Origin: Somniosus microcephalus
Lineage: Eukaryota
Length of the DNA: 64,000 nucleotides
NCBI GenBank assembly: GCA_052327205.1
Contig: CM126204.1
Location: 59,024,001 to 59,088,000, forward strand
Direction: 5' to 3'
Shown: positions 1-12,700 of the stretch, one piece after another
Numbering within the stretch: position 1 is the first letter of the stretch
Layout: each line of letters starts with the position of its first letter
Position numbers and translations under genes: made by a program
Notes under the pieces: model-generated
Seen by the model: the letters and a program-made list of their open reading frames with translations, nothing else
Databases searched by the model: none
Told to the model about the DNA's origin: nothing

Positions 1-560
1 AGTATTGTGTGCAGTTTTGGTCGCCTTATCTGAGGAAGGATGTTCTTTCCATGGAAGGAGTTCAGCGAAGATTCACCAGGCTGATACCTGGGATGGCAGG
101 AATGACGTATGAGGAGAGATTGGGTCGATTGGGCTTATACTCGCTGGAGTTTAGAAGAATGAGAGGGGATCTCATTGAAACTTATAAAATTCTGACAGGA
201 CTGGACAGACTAGATGCAGGAAGGATGTTCCCGATGGTCGGGGAGTCCAGAACCAGGGGTCACAGTCTAAGGATAAGGGGTAAGCCATTTAGGACAGAAA
301 TGAGGAGGGATTTCTTCACCCAGAGAGTGGTGAACCTGTGGAATTCTCTACCACAGAAGGCAGTAGAGGCCAATTCATTACATATATTCAAGAAGGAGTT
401 GGATATATTTCTTAAGGCTAAAGGGATCAAGGGGTATGGGGAGAAAGCAGGGACAGAGTACTGAATTTGGATGATCAGCCATGATCGCATTGAATGGCGG
501 AGCAGGCTCGAGGGGCCGAATGGCCTACCCCTGCTCCTATCTTCTATGTTTCTATGTTTC
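1..560 (+). mobile_element. CR1 LINE 3' end (RT C-terminus, 3' stem-loop, (TTCTATG)n tail)
   Basis: ORF 9-464 QFWSPYLRKD...VQRRFTRLIPG...RTRGHSLRI is typical CR1 ORF2 C-terminus; ends in cttctatgtttctatgttt. Confidence 0.92.
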
Positions 561-1365
561 ACCTGGAAGGGGTGTTTGGGGCCCTGGACAGTGGGAAGGG
601 GGGGAGGTATAAGGGCAGGTGTTACATCTCCTGCGCTTGCACAGGAAGGTGCCAGGCGAAGGGGAAGGGGTGCTGGGGGTGATAGAGGAGTGGACTAGGG
701 TGTCTCGGAGGGAGCGGTCCTCACGGAATGCTGAAAGTGGAGGGGAGGGGAAGTTGCGTTTGGTGGTGGGATCACTTTGGAGGTGGCGGAGGATGATCCG
801 TTGAATGTGGAGGCTGGTGGGGTGAAAGGTGAGGACAAGGGGAACCCTATCGTGGTTCCGGGAGGGAGGGGCAGGGGTAAGGGCAGAAGTGTGGGAGATA
901 GAACGGACACGGTCGAGAGCCGTGTCAACCACAGGAGAGGGGAATCCTCGGTTGAGGAAAAAGGAAGACATGTCGGAAGCACTGGTGTGGAAGGTGGCAT
1001 CGTCGGAGTAGATGCAGCGGAGACGGAGAAACTGGGAGAATGGAATAGAGTCCTTACAGGAGGCAAGGTGGGAGGAAGTGTAGTCCAGGTAGCTGTGGGA
1101 GTCAGTGGGCTTGTAGTGAATGTTGGTTAATAACCTATCCCCAGAGATGGAGACGGAGAAGTCGAGGAAGGGAAGGGAAGAGTCAGAGATGGACCATGTG
1201 AAGGTGAGGGAAGGGTGGAAATTGGAGGCAAAGTGAATGAAATTGTCTAGTTCAGGGCGAGAGCAGGAAACGGCACCGATACAGTCATCAATGTATCGGA
1301 AAAAGAGGTGAGGGAGGGGACCTGAGTAGGACTGGAACAAAGAGTGTTCCACATATCCCACAAAA
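561..1365 (-). mobile_element. Penelope-like element fragment (RT C-half and linker to GIY-YIG)
   Basis: ORF 552-1442 has FFRYIDD, LPFLDFSV, YKPTDSHSYL, IPFSQFLRLR, C..RRCNTC. Confidence 0.88.
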
Positions 1366-2317
1366 AAGCCTAAGCTTCCTTGTCCTAGTGCACTGACACA
1401 CCCTAAAATAGTGTTCCAATTTATTATAGACTGTGGCAGCACAGAATCAAGCCATTTGGCCCATTAAGTGTGCGCCCATGTTTTCCCCACATGAGCCATC
1501 TAATCTAATTCCACTCTTCTACTCGCATCCATTGCCTTTAATATTCCTCTTTTTTAAACAAATCTAATTGCCTTTTAAAGGAATTTATGGGCTCAGCTTC
1601 AAGGATTTGTGGCAGAGAATTCCACATTCTAACCGTGTAAAGAATCTTTTTTTTGAAATTTTCTCTTTAATTCATTTTGTGATTATCTTCAACTTGTGTC
1701 ACTGGTTCACCAACCAGGGAGACAATCTGTCACCATTTACCTTATTGTAACTCTTCATAATCTTGAAGACCTCTATCAGGTAACCCCTTAATCTTCTCAG
1801 CTCCAGTGAAAAATGCCTGAACTTCTCATGCTACTGAAAAAATGCTCCAGTTCATCGGCAACCTGAGGCCTCCTCCCGTCCGAAACAGGTAGGCAGCCTT
1901 ATTTAAATATTGTAAGTTATACGACCCCAACGCAATTTTCAAGTACCAATTAGCGGATTGTGTGCTGCATACACTCTGCCAAGTAGCGATAGTAGAACGG
2001 CTTAACCAGAATGAATACTTCTCCTGGCCCCAAAAAATCAATGCTGGGAGCACATATCCAGAAATTGTGCACGCACCCTATGATTTTCTGTTCTCCAATG
2101 GATGGAGAATCCTGATGGCCCCACCCAAATTCCCGACACATGCTCCTAGTATACAAAGCCCTGTATCAGGAGTGCAAATTTGTAAAATTTACCCTCCCTT
2201 CTCAGTTAATGGTCATGATAGAAGACTAGAAAGGACAAAATAACATTGGGTAATCAATATATTTGTGACCATTACTTGCATTTATATATTGATAAAACAA
2301 GGGTAGTGCTAATAGTT

Positions 2318-3310
2318 CGATAGCAAAATACTGCAGATGCTGGAAATCCGAAATAGCAACAGAAAATGCTGGAAAAACTCAGCAGGCCAGGCAACATCCG
2401 TGGAGAGAAAATAGAGTCAGCGTTTCGGGTGAACCCTTTGTCAAGACTAAAGAAGCACAAGAAATGAAATAGATTAAGAGGCCAGGCTGGGAGAGAACAA
2501 AAGAGAAGTGAAGAGACATTAAGAGGTATTGAAAACGAGACGAGATGGTGATAGGACTAGTGGAGACAAAAAATGGCTCTAGATTAGGTGTGAAATGCGC
2601 TGGCTGTAAAGTGCCTAATCGGAAGATGAGGTGCTGTTCCTCGAGTTTACGGTGAGCTTCCGTGGAACAATGCAAGAGGCTGAGGACAGTGAGGTCCAAG
2701 TGGGAATGGGGCAGTGAATTAAAATGACAGATGACCGGATGCTTGGGGTCACCCTTACGGACTGAATGGAGGTGTTCCGCCAAGAGGTCACCCAATCTGC
2801 GTTTGGTCTCCCCAATGTAGAGGAGACCACATCCACGGAGTTCCACAGAAGCTCACCGTAAACTCGAGGAACAGCACCTCATCTTCCGATTAGGCACTTT
2901 ACAGCCTTCCGGACTCAATATCGAGTTCAACAATTTCAGATCATAACCTCGGCCCCTATTACATTTTTACTTATATTTTTTATCCACACCTTTGTTTTGG
3001 TTTCCCCCCCCCTTTCTTTTTTTTTCTCTCTCCCACATGGCAGCTGTCTCCCATTCTGCCAGCGCATTTCACACCTAATCTAGAACCATCTTTTGTCTCC
3101 ACTAGTCCTATCACCATCTCGTCTCGTTTTGAATACCTCTTAATGTCGCTTCACTTCTCTTTTGTTCTCTCCCAGCCTGGCCTCTTAATCGATTTCATTT
3201 CCTGTGCTTCTTTAGTCTTGACAAAGGGCTCACCTGAAACGTTGACTTTATTTTCTCTCCACGGATATTGCCTGGCCCGCTGAGTTTTTCTAGCATTTTC
3301 TGTTGTTATT
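2318..3310. mobile_element. Penelope-like element 3' ends in inverted (palindromic) arrangement
   Basis: Left arm (minus) encodes GIY-YIG LYIGETKRRL..EH; it is largely the reverse complement of the right arm 2841-3310; 14-bp TSD tagtgctaatagtt at 2304-2317 and 3311-3324. Confidence 0.85.
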
Positions 3311-3339
3311 TAGTGCTAATAGTTGTCTCTTGCATATCC

Positions 3340-3978
3340 TCTCCATCACCAAGACCACTTACTTCCACCCTCATCTCTGCCCATGCCTCAGCTCATCTGC
3401 AGCTGAAGCCCTCATCCATGCCTTTGTTACCTTCAGACTCGACTATTGCACTGCTCTCTTGGCTGGCCTTCCACCTTGCACCATTCTTAAACTTGGAACT
3501 CATCCAAAACTCTGTTGCCCGTATCCCAACTTGGGCCAAGTCCTGTTCACCCATCACCGCATGTGCTTGCTGACCTACATTGGCTCTCGGTCGAGCAACG
3601 CCTCGATTTTAAAATCCTCATCCCCGTTTTCAAATTCCTCCATGGCATCATCCCTATCGCTGTATCCTCCTCCAGCTCTACAACCCTCCGAGATCTCTGC
3701 GCTCCTCCAATTCTGGCCTCTTGCGCATCCCGATTTTCTTTGCTGTCCCATTGGTAGCCGTACCTTCAGCTGCCTAGAACTTAAGCTCTCGCTAAACCTC
3801 TCTACCTCTCCTCCTTTAAGACGCTCCTGAAAACCTACCTCTTTGACCAAGCTTTTGGTCACCTGTCCTAATATCTCCTTATGTGGTTCAGTGTCTAATT
3901 CAGCGCTCCTGTGAAGCGCCTTGGGGCGTTTTACTATGTTAGAGGCGCTATATAAATGCAAGTTGTTGTTGTTGTTTT
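3340..3978 (+). mobile_element. L2-clade LINE 3' fragment
   Basis: ALIHAFVTFRLDYC..LLAGLP and LADLHWL.V.QR.DFKIL across frames; tail gaggcgctatataaatgcaag(ttg)n. Confidence 0.85.
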
Positions 3979-4859
3979 GTTTAACAACTTCCACTGTGGC
4001 CTAAACATCTTTAACATGGTTAGCTCATAATGTTACAAAATTCCCTGTAATGGCACAGATAGCCCCACTGTAATCTTAGCAACGTATCAACCTAATCTGT
4101 AAAAGAGGCTGAGGTAATGTAATGCTTTTCCACAAGATTACATTGTTCATTCTCTTGAAAATGGGGAATGATGTTCAAATATCCCCTTTCCAACTGCCTT
4201 GTTGCCAATTTGAGGCCAATTTTCTTTCAGGGTGTGATTTTTTTTCCCTTTAGATTTTTAAAATCGTTTGTGTTCTTGTATGGGGACGGGTGGTGGGTGG
4301 GGGAGTGGGGGGAGGAGAAAGTTGAGACTTCATTATTTCATTTTTGTTTCTCATTGTATCATTCCTTTGCTCACAAATGCATCAAATTAGACCTTTTAAC
4401 GTACTCATTGAAAGCGCAGGCCTGGCTCTGTTTTACCCATGGTGATGTTAAAATAGGAGTGGCGCTCAAGCAAATAAAGATGGAACTGGATCGGAAATTG
4501 GAAGCTCTGCAGACAATAAGCTGACAGACAGGAGAGGCAGTGGAAGACAGTGAGGTTGGAGGCGAGGTGGAAACAAAGGTTGGTAAAGGCGTAAGTAATG
4601 TCAGCTTCATGTGTTTTCTCATTTTGTAATGCCCTTGCGCTCACCTGCGATTTCTTCAAGATCAAATGTGCCCAGCTAAACAAGCTCTTCCCTGTTTCAC
4701 ATCACAAGGGGCTGTGCTGGAGGAAGGGGCCGGCCACTCTGACAACCATCTCCCAGGGCCGTAATCGCTGAAGCTTCTAGATCCACAGTTCCTGCTGCTT
4801 CATCACCAACTGCTTCATGGCACCTTACCTGCACAGACACCAGCTCAGAGATGCCCGCT

Positions 4860-5207
4860 TTGGGTTGCCAACTCTGGTTGGACTTGTTCCTAGAGGTTTC
4901 ATCACATGACCTCCTGCCTCCAGTCGCCCCCCACATTCTCGCCATTGGTCGCCCGACATGTCCATCCTCCTGGTGCACTGGCTTCCTAAGCCAATCGCAA
5001 AATGAATAGACTCTTCATTCCCCTATTGGATGATTTTTGACTGTCAGTCAAACAACCTTTTTTCCCCATGTCCAATATTTTTATAATGAAAACACAAAAG
5101 TTTATTTAGTTATATTTTTTATTGCCCCTACGCTTTTTCTCCCAGGTTGCTCGCGGCAGTTTCCCGGCGATTAGTCTTTCGTTCCTGGAGACTCCAGGGC
5201 AACCCTA
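4860..5207. mobile_element. hAT (Tip100-like) non-autonomous DNA transposon
   Basis: Termini ttgggttgcca...ggcaacccta; flanking 8-mers tgcccgct/cacccacc are compatible with a CpG-decayed 8-bp TSD. Confidence 0.55.
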
Positions 5208-5929
5208 CACCCACCCAGGAGGCCGTCGTTCGTGAGTCAGAAGGGTTTTCACTGGGTGAAGTACTTAGCACTGTATTTAGAATGAGGACCTGGGTGTGAA
5301 AGAGAGGAAGTGCGCCATTCTCCTACTGGAAGTGAGCTGCAGGTCTTCAGTCAGCAGTTGGCTTATCTCCACAGTCAGGAGGCAGGAACCATTTTCAGGT
5401 GCAGGCCAGAGATGGGCAGCCGGCAGTTGTAAATCCACCTCTCAGGCTTTCAGTAAAAATTGAAAAGGTGCAGATTAGTCAGTTGATCCGACGAGTTATG
5501 AATCAATCCACACTTGCACTCTTCTCTGCACAAGCTGTGCCAGTCCTAATGTTTTTTTTTCTGTTGTAAACTTCCAATCTTAGTTGGTGGCTTTAGAAAT
5601 GAGTCACATTTCTTCATTTTTCAAAGGAACCTCATTACCCACAGATGAAAAGCGACAGTGAATGTAGCTCAGGACAGCTGAGGCGGAGGTATCGAGAGAC
5701 TTTCACACGAGTATTGATCTTTAAACTCTTGAACAGAAGATAAAGAAACGCTTAAATGGATGTTATTTCCTTGAATTGTTTTAGGGGAAAATCAGGGCCA
5801 TTATCTTTAACTCCAGTGAAAGGAATCAATGTGATTGTATCAGTGAGTGAATTCGCACCCAACTCATTTAAAGAGTTCTGATCTCATTCTCACCCCATGA
5901 TTGAGTTGGTAAATGAACTATTTGATATT

Positions 5930-6290
5930 GAACTGAGTCAAACAGACCTAAAAAGTCCCAGGTTTATATTCCCACCCCCACCCTAGTTAGCTTATCTTAT
6001 CTTATCTCAGCTGCAGCACCAATAAGGGTGCAATAATTGTTCTTGGCACTTTTGGGCCAGTGAGCAGAAAAATCAACCAGCGTTCCCATTCCTGATTGCT
6101 ATCCAGTGATCTCTGCTGAAAGGTGTCTGCTGGGTTACGACAGGATCGAGCTCAACTGTGATTCCCCCACAGTGGAATAGCCAATCAATAGCCACTGTCT
6201 AGGCTCATAGATTTAAAACGGCCACTGGGCTGAGGTACTGGTGGCAAATGGGTATATGTCGAACTTTACAACAGCAGGACTTGGCCTGGT
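5930..6290 (+). mobile_element. Ancient SINE-like interspersed repeat
   Basis: Diverged inverted counterpart at about 57300-57660 (shared ccagggttcc..tcctg..ctatcc and cactgtctaggctca motifs). Confidence 0.45.
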
Positions 6291-6805
6291 CAGGAAAGAG
6301 TGGGGGGGACGGAATTTGGGCAGGGAAAGGGAGTAAGAAATAACTTTAATTTCCTTTCCTGTTTTGATGGAGTTTGTTTTTCCCTTTTATTTTTGCAATT
6401 TTGTTATTGTGATCATTTGTGTAGGCTGCGGGTGACTTATTCCTCGGGCTGCAGTGTTGACGACACACTTTAATAGTTCAGTGTAAATACCGTTGCATAT
6501 CAGTACCAGCTGTGGCCTGGCTGGCAGTGGAGGTCTGCAATGTTAGACACCTCTGGCACACAATTTGATCCCCATACAAACAAAAACAAAAGAAAACCCC
6601 CCTCACATAAAGTTGAAATACTGCTGTGAATAATAATTAATACCAGGGAGTGATTTCAAAGCTGCTATCCTGATCTCAGGATTCAGATAACAGTTACAAA
6701 TCAGTGAACTTTGCCCTTGTGCCTGTGACATCATCTGCACTCATCATTTAGATTATAGTCTGGTAAGTGCTCTGGGTTTATCTGCCATTCCATTTTATAC
6801 AGTAT

Positions 6806-6807
<2 letters not shown>

Positions 6808-6839
<32 letters not shown>
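6808..6839. repeat. (CA)n microsatellite
   Basis: Direct read. Confidence 0.95.
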
Positions 6840-6843
<4 letters not shown>

Positions 6844-6879
6844 TGTGTGTATAGAATTCTGCTTTGATTATTTACTAAA

Positions 6880-7400
6880 TAACAACTTGCAGTAATGTCA
6901 AAAAAAATCCCAAAGTATCTTTCAGAAGTGTGAGGAATTTTAAGAAAGGTGACTAAAAGCTTAGTCAGAGAGCTCGGTTTTAAGTCTTAAACGAGGACAG
7001 GGAGGTGGAGGAGTCTGGAAATGGAATTCCGGAATGTGGGGCCTAGGCAGCTGCAGGCACGGCTGCAATGGTGGGGTGAAGGAACTGGGGATGCACAAAA
7101 GGCCAGAGTCAGAGGAACAGAGAGTTCAGGAGGCTGGGGTTGTTGGGCTGTGAGGAGGTCACAGGCGTAGGGCGGGGTGAGGCAATGGAGGGATTTAAAC
7201 ACAAGGATGAGAATTTAAAATTTTAGGCATCGGGGGCGGGGGTGGGGGGGGACTGGGAGTCAGAGTAAATCAGCAAGTATGGGGTTAATGGGCAAGAAGG
7301 ACTTGGAGAGGGATAGGATCTGGGAATTTTGGATGAGCTGAAGTTTACGGAGGGTAGAGGATGGAAGGCTGGGCTGGAGAGCATTGGATAATTGCGTCTG
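6880..7400 (-). mobile_element. Decayed L2 LINE 3' fragment
   Basis: Reverse-complement similarity to the L2 at 3340-3978; ORF 6987-7202 FKSLHCLTPPY.CDLL. Confidence 0.7.
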
Positions 7401-8964
7401 CAATGTGCTATATGTTCACAGTCTTAAGTGTTAAAATAGAGAACCCCAAACAGCAACACTTTGCACTCTGCAACTAAATATATGACAACAGAAACTGCCA
7501 CTTTATGGAACAGTATTCCATTGCACAGCATTGACATGCTGAGTTACACGCCTTAGAACAGTTCCATTTCTTTCTTGTCTTTTGACTAACAACAAAGGGG
7601 CAGAATGTGACAATGGAGAAATGGAACATTCTCTTTTCTGTATTTTGTTATAATCACGAGAATCTTTTGCTTGTGCACAAGATGACTTAAGGGACTGTTA
7701 GACATTCTTGCATGTCAGCATACCCACAAGTCTAACCTCAAAAGTGTCTGCAGTTAATAACGGTTTCTAAACTACACAAGCCTGCCTTCCATATGTTTCA
7801 CAATCCTAAGTTTGCAGGCCAAACAGTGATATTCCATGGACTTGTGGCAGGGCTACAGATCTATTTTGGTTTCCTACTCGGATGATTTGTCAAAAGTAAA
7901 AGGTTTCAGCCTTTCTTAACCGCAATTTCCTGGACTGGATGAGGTGTAACGGTTATTACAGATTCAAGAAGGAAACCGTTGCCACCTAAAGAGAGAGGCA
8001 TTTTCTAAAAACTGCGCTGGCAACAACAAATATAACGTGTACAATATATCATAATATATATTGCATAATATAGTGTAATATATCATAATATTGTGTGCTG
8101 TATGGCATATATTACAATAAATCGCAATAATACAAAAACACTGCACAGCATATTGTTATGTATAATGTACTGCATATTAGAACTTAAAGGGGTCAACGAG
8201 TTGCATCTTTGCACAAATGGTCTGACCTCTCTGGATAAAGTGAGGTAAGATCACTTGGAAAATTTACTTGCACCATGGGTGATCTCTCTTGACATGCTTG
8301 GCAGCGCGAATATCCATTCCAAATAAGCTCTGTGAAGCTGGAGCACTGCTCTATGTCACTTCAGTCACATTATTGGGCAGCAGCCTTGAACAGAACGCGG
8401 GGCCTAATGAATCGAGAGCAGAATTGTGTGCTGGCTTCTTGAAGACTTTCTTTTAAAATCGGGCACACCTGCCATTTGGTCCGCCTCTGCCCGGGCCCCT
8501 GGCACCAATAACCCTTTGCTTGGTGACCCCCTCTTTGATCCCCCTCCCATCACTGGGAAAGTGCACTAGGGTGCACTCAATGCCTCATGTACATTGTGGG
8601 CCTCAGGCTATCAGACCCGTGTTGGAATGTATACTACATAGTGCATAGCGTTTATAATGGATAGCATGCTAAAATAGATAGGCCTAGAAATTCTGGGAGC
8701 TCTTCTCATTTCCGTAGTAATGGGGATTGATGGGGAGAGTCATAGGCATGGATATTAACCCCCCCACGACGAGTGGAAGAGAGTTGGGGGGGTGGGTGTT
8801 TAAAAGTGAAATACGGGGAACACATCTCCAACCCATTGCGCACGCACTCGCTGCCATTTTTACATTGGCGGATATCGGGATGCTTATTAACATATTACAG
8901 GGCTTCATGGCCGGCGCGGACATGATGGGCCGAAGGGCCTCTTTCTGTGTTGTATAACTCTGTG

Positions 8965-9599
8965 GGGGGAAAATTCTGTTGTTTGCGCCTTCCGTTAGCG
9001 CCTTAAGAGGGCGCTAATGGGGCGCAAAGCAGCTCGCGAAATTAACTAGACATTTTGCGGTGGCACTAAATACTACCGCCACAATCTCCTGCGCCGGCAG
9101 ATCGTGACGTCAGTTGAGTGCGCAACACCCCGGTAGTGCCCCGGACCGGTTATTGAGCGGCGCCCCCTGCCTAAGAGAGACTGCCTGCCGCTAGCAACAA
9201 CAGGTTGAGGGGAGCGTTTTGCAGTCAGAAAGGGACTGGGGGAGTGCTATTTAAAGGCTGCCTTTTTTTGTTGGTGACATTTTTGCACCACGCATTCTGA
9301 GAGAGAGAGACTTCTGGAGAGATTCAACACTGTATGAAGGAGTTTTGGGTACTGAGCAGCACTTTGCAGGTTCATTTTGATTTGACCTTCCTTGCTTCGC
9401 CAGCGCTCTGAGGTAGCGCCTCGCTCCTCGGCCTTTGTGCCTTAAGACAGGTGTGAAGCACCTGCTTTAGCGTTCCAATCACCTCCAGGGGCGATAAAAG
9501 CCAAGTTTGCTGTCGGAGGTGATAATTAGCGCCAGGTGCTAAGCTTTGCGCACGGCCGATAATGGCGCCCCAAACGGGGCGATACTGAATTTTCCCCCC
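8965..9599. mobile_element. PIF/Harbinger MITE inserted in a CR1 tail repeat
   Basis: TIRs gggggaaaattc...gaattttccccc; many subterminal agcgcc/ggcgct motifs; flanks gtg/atg inside (actctatg)n. Confidence 0.75.
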
Positions 9600-9710
9600 A
9601 TGACTCTATATTTAAATTGGGCAATTGGGAGCCCGATTTAAAGTTAGTTGCTGCTGCATGGGTTTCCCAGGGGTCGGGGAACTTGGCAGTGAAACGGAGG
9701 CGGGAGCTGC

Positions 9711-12700
9711 TGATGCGCTATCAATTACTCATAAAAGACGGAGAGTTAGGAGAGTAACTAAAGGCTTTTATTAGCAAAGAACAGAGCATGTCCCTCGTGG
9801 TTGACTGGGTTCCAAGAAGGCAGGGGGCTGCAGGTCAATCACCTTTATACCTGGGCCTGTGGGTGGAGCCAGGGGCGGAGCCAGCAGAGACATGCTGAGG
9901 CATGCATAGGTACAACAGTGTGCAACAACAACAACAACAATAACAGTGGTTTACCACATTCACCCCTTGTTTAAAATTGAGTCCGGCGGGGTGAAGTGTA
10001 CTAAAGGTTCGTGTAAGTAAGTCTATCAGGTGGCCTTGTATGCCGTCCTGATCGTCGTGGTAGCGGCGGTGATGGTGCAGCATCCAACGTTGAATCAGGC
10101 GTCTCATTGAGTGGTTGGGTGGTCAATGACGGGTCCTGGGGCTGCGGCATGCCGTCTAGCGGGGTTGGGTTGAGGGTAGTGGTGGATGGCAATGGTAGTG
10201 TTTCAGGGACACCCGAAGGTGCGAGATCTCGTGTGGAGGCTGTGTCCTCCCGCCCGTCCGGGTACGCTACGTAAGCGTACTGGGGGTAGGCGTGGGTAGT
10301 GGTGGGTGGCGAAGGAGGTGTTTCAGGGGCACCCGAAGGTGCGAGGTCTCGTATGGAGACTGTGTCCTCCCGCCCGTCCGGGTACACCACGTAAGCATAC
10401 TGAGGGTTGGCATGGAGGAGGCTCACCCTCTCGACCAGGGGGTCCGTCTTATGGGACCTCACGTGCTTCCGCAGTAGGACGGGTCCTGGAGAAGTCAGCC
10501 ATGTCGGTAACGAGATCCCCGATGTGGACTTCCTGGGGAAGGAGAACATTCTCTCATGAGGGGTGGCATTGGTGGCTGTACAGAGCAGTGACCGAATGGA
10601 ATGGAGCGCCGCAGGGAGGACCTCCTGCCAGTGAGAGGTCGGAAGGCCCTTAGATTTCAAGTTTAAAAGGACTGCTTTCCAGACCGTCGCATTCTCCCTT
10701 TCCACCTGGCCATTCCCCCGGGGGTTGTAGCTGGTGGTCCTGCTTGTAGCAATACTTCTCGCGAGCAGGTACTGACGAAGTTCGTCGCTCATAAAGGATG
10801 AGCCCCTGTCGCTATGAATATAGCTAGGGAAACCGAACAAGGCGAAGAGGTCATTCAGACATTTAATGACCGTGGTGCTGGTCATGTCTGAGCAAGGGAT
10901 GGCAAACGGGAAACGGGAGTACTCATCAATTATGTTGCGGAAGTACACATTGCGGTCAGAGGAGGGGAGGGGCCCTTTAAAATCGACGCTCAGCCGTTCA
11001 AAGGGGCGCGTGGCTTTGATCAGGCTTGCTCTGTCTGGCCTATAAAAATGCGGTTTGCACTCGGCACAGATTTGGCAGTTCCTGGTCATGGTCCTGACCT
11101 CCTCGATGGAGTAGGGCAGGTTACGGGATTTGATGAAGTGAAAAAACCTGGTGACCCCCGGGTGGCAGAGGTCATTGTGGAGGGTCTTCAGTCTATCAAC
11201 CTGCGCGTTGGCGCATGTACCACGTGATAGGGCATCTGGGGGCTCATTGAGTTTCCCGGGCCGGTACAAGATATCGTAATTGTAGGTGGAGAGTTCGATT
11301 CTCCACCTCAAGATCTTGTCATTCTTGATTTTGCCCCTCTGCTTATTATTAAACATAAAAGCTACTGAACGCTGGTCAGTGAGCAGGGTAAATCGTTTTC
11401 CGGCCAGGTAATGCCTCCAATGTCGCACAGCTTCCACAATGGCCTGGGCCTCCTTTTCGACAGAGGAGTGTCGAATCTCGGGGCCCTGGAGGGTCCTTGA
11501 GAAAAAGGCCACGGGTCTCCCCGCCTGGTTAAGGGTTGCAGCTAGGGCAAAGTCGGATGCGTCGCTCTCCACTTGGAAAGTGATGGACTCATCCACTGCG
11601 TGCATCGTGGCCCTCGCAATATCTCTTTTTATGAGAGTGAAGGCTGCACAGGCCTCTGCTGCCAGGGGGAAGGAGGTGGACTTGATGAGGGGTCTGGCTT
11701 TGTCCGCATAGTTGGGCACCCACTGAGCATAGTACGAGAAAAACCCTAGGCATCTCTTCAGTGCTTTTTGGCAGTGGGGGAGGGGGAGCTCCATAAGGGG
11801 GCGCATCCTGTCGGTGTCGGGGCCGATGACTCCGTTCTCCACTACACAGCCAAGAATGGCAAGGCGCTTGGTACGAAACATACATTTGTCCTTGTTGTAT
11901 GTTAGGTTCAGCCGCTGGGCCTTATGGAGGAATTTCTCTAGATTAACATCATGGTCCTGCTGGTCGTGGCCGCAGATGGTGACGTTGTCTAGATAGGGGA
12001 AAGTGGCCTGGAGCGCGTTCTGGTCAACCATCCGGTCCATCTCCCGTTGGAAGACTGAAACCCCGTTGGTGACGCCGAAGGGAACCCTGAGGAAGTGGTA
12101 GAGACGACCGTCAGCTTCAAAAGCTGTGTACTGGCGATCCTCAGCCCTGATGGGGAGCTGGTGGTATGCCGACTTCAGATCAATCGTCGAGAACACCCGG
12201 TATTGTGCTATCTGATTGACCATGTCAGATATGCGGGGGAGTGGGTATGCATCTAGCTGGGTGTAGCGATTGATCGTCTGGCTGTAGTCAATAACTAGGC
12301 GCTGTTTTTCGCCAGTCTTCACTACCACCACTTGTGCTCGCCATGGGCTGGTGCTACTTTCAATAATCCCTTCTTTCAGGAGTCTCGCTACCTCGGATTT
12401 AATGAAGCTCCTATCCCCGGCACTGTAACGCCTGCTTTTGGTAGCGATGGGCTTACAGTCGCCGGTGAGGTTAGCGGACAAGGAGGGGGGGGGAGCTTTA
12501 AGGGTGGAGAGGCTGCAAATGGTGCGCGGCGGGCGATTTAAAAGCTGCTGGCTGCAGACTGTGAGTGGGGGGAGGGGTCTGTCGTACGCTAATGTGATAC
12601 TCTTAAGGTGGCACTGAAAATCCAACCCCAGTAGAACGGCAGCGCAAAGATGGGGCAGGACCAGGAGTTTAAAATTTTTGTATTCTGTGCCCCTTACTGA

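Noticed and set aside
4447-4596. Purine-rich exon-like stretch ending in gtaagt
   Set aside because: All three frames hit stops; no recognisable protein.
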